DNA of 33,652 nucleotides from Collodictyon triciliatum (Eukaryota): assembly GCA_043381765.1 (NCBI GenBank), contig JBHJMP010000901.1:1-33652 (forward strand). Reading direction: 5' to 3'. Positions within the stretch are counted from its first letter, which is position 1, and every line of letters begins with the position of its first letter. Both the position numbers and the translations under genes were made by a program. Below, in pieces: positions 33,514 through 33,652 of this stretch. The notes under the pieces were generated by a model that worked only from the letters and a program-made list of their open reading frames with translations, did no database searches and was not told the DNA's origin.

Positions 33514-33652
33514 CTTTTCTTTTTTTCTTTTTTCTTTTTTCTTTTTTCTTTTTTCTTTTTTCTTTTTTCTTTTTTCTTTTTTCTTTTTTCTTTTTTCTTT
33601 TTTCTTTTTTCTTTTTTCTTTTTTCTTTTTTCTTTTTTCTTTTTTCTTTTTT
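33514..33652. repeat. Microsatellite (TTTTTTC)n running off the window end
   Basis: 7-bp unit repeated ~19 times to the last base. Confidence 0.95.

Noticed and set aside
1-33652. CRISPR arrays, tRNA/rRNA genes, transposons or other prokaryotic systems
   Set aside because: No repeat-spacer structure, cloverleaf, rRNA-like sequence, terminal inverted repeats or transposase/RT ORF was seen; the tandem repeats are simple microsatellites.

Overview
Gene-dense, intron-rich eukaryotic DNA using the standard genetic code, most likely from a flagellated protist or other microbial eukaryote; the species cannot be determined from this window. Manual splicing gives five protein genes. (1) A bacterial-type, probably mitochondrial histidyl-tRNA synthetase (+, 218-2435, 6 exons, one GC-AG intron). 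(2) An unassigned ~800-aa TPR-containing protein (-, 7265-2666, ~14 exons). (3) A tiny 81-aa BBSome subunit BBS18/BBIP1 (-, 8537-7740, 3 exons) that the ORF track shows only in part. (4) An axonemal inner-arm I1/f alpha dynein heavy chain, DNAH10/DHC1-like (+, 9267-27338, 36 exons). (5) A ~1400-aa receptor-like protein with signal peptide, ~31 plant-type LRRs, a Cys-rich stalk and ~9 TM helices (-, 33339-27952). The most notable observations: the two ciliary genes are head-to-head across ~730 bp containing a near-perfect RFX X-box (GTTACTAAGGCGAC); the dynein has 31 introns in its first 8 kb, then one 8.9-kb intronless exon, then 4 more introns; splice signals are relaxed (two GC-AG introns, ~15% AAG acceptors); and intronic microsatellites are consistently U-rich on the transcribed strand. 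All gene models were built by eye and need RNA-seq confirmation.
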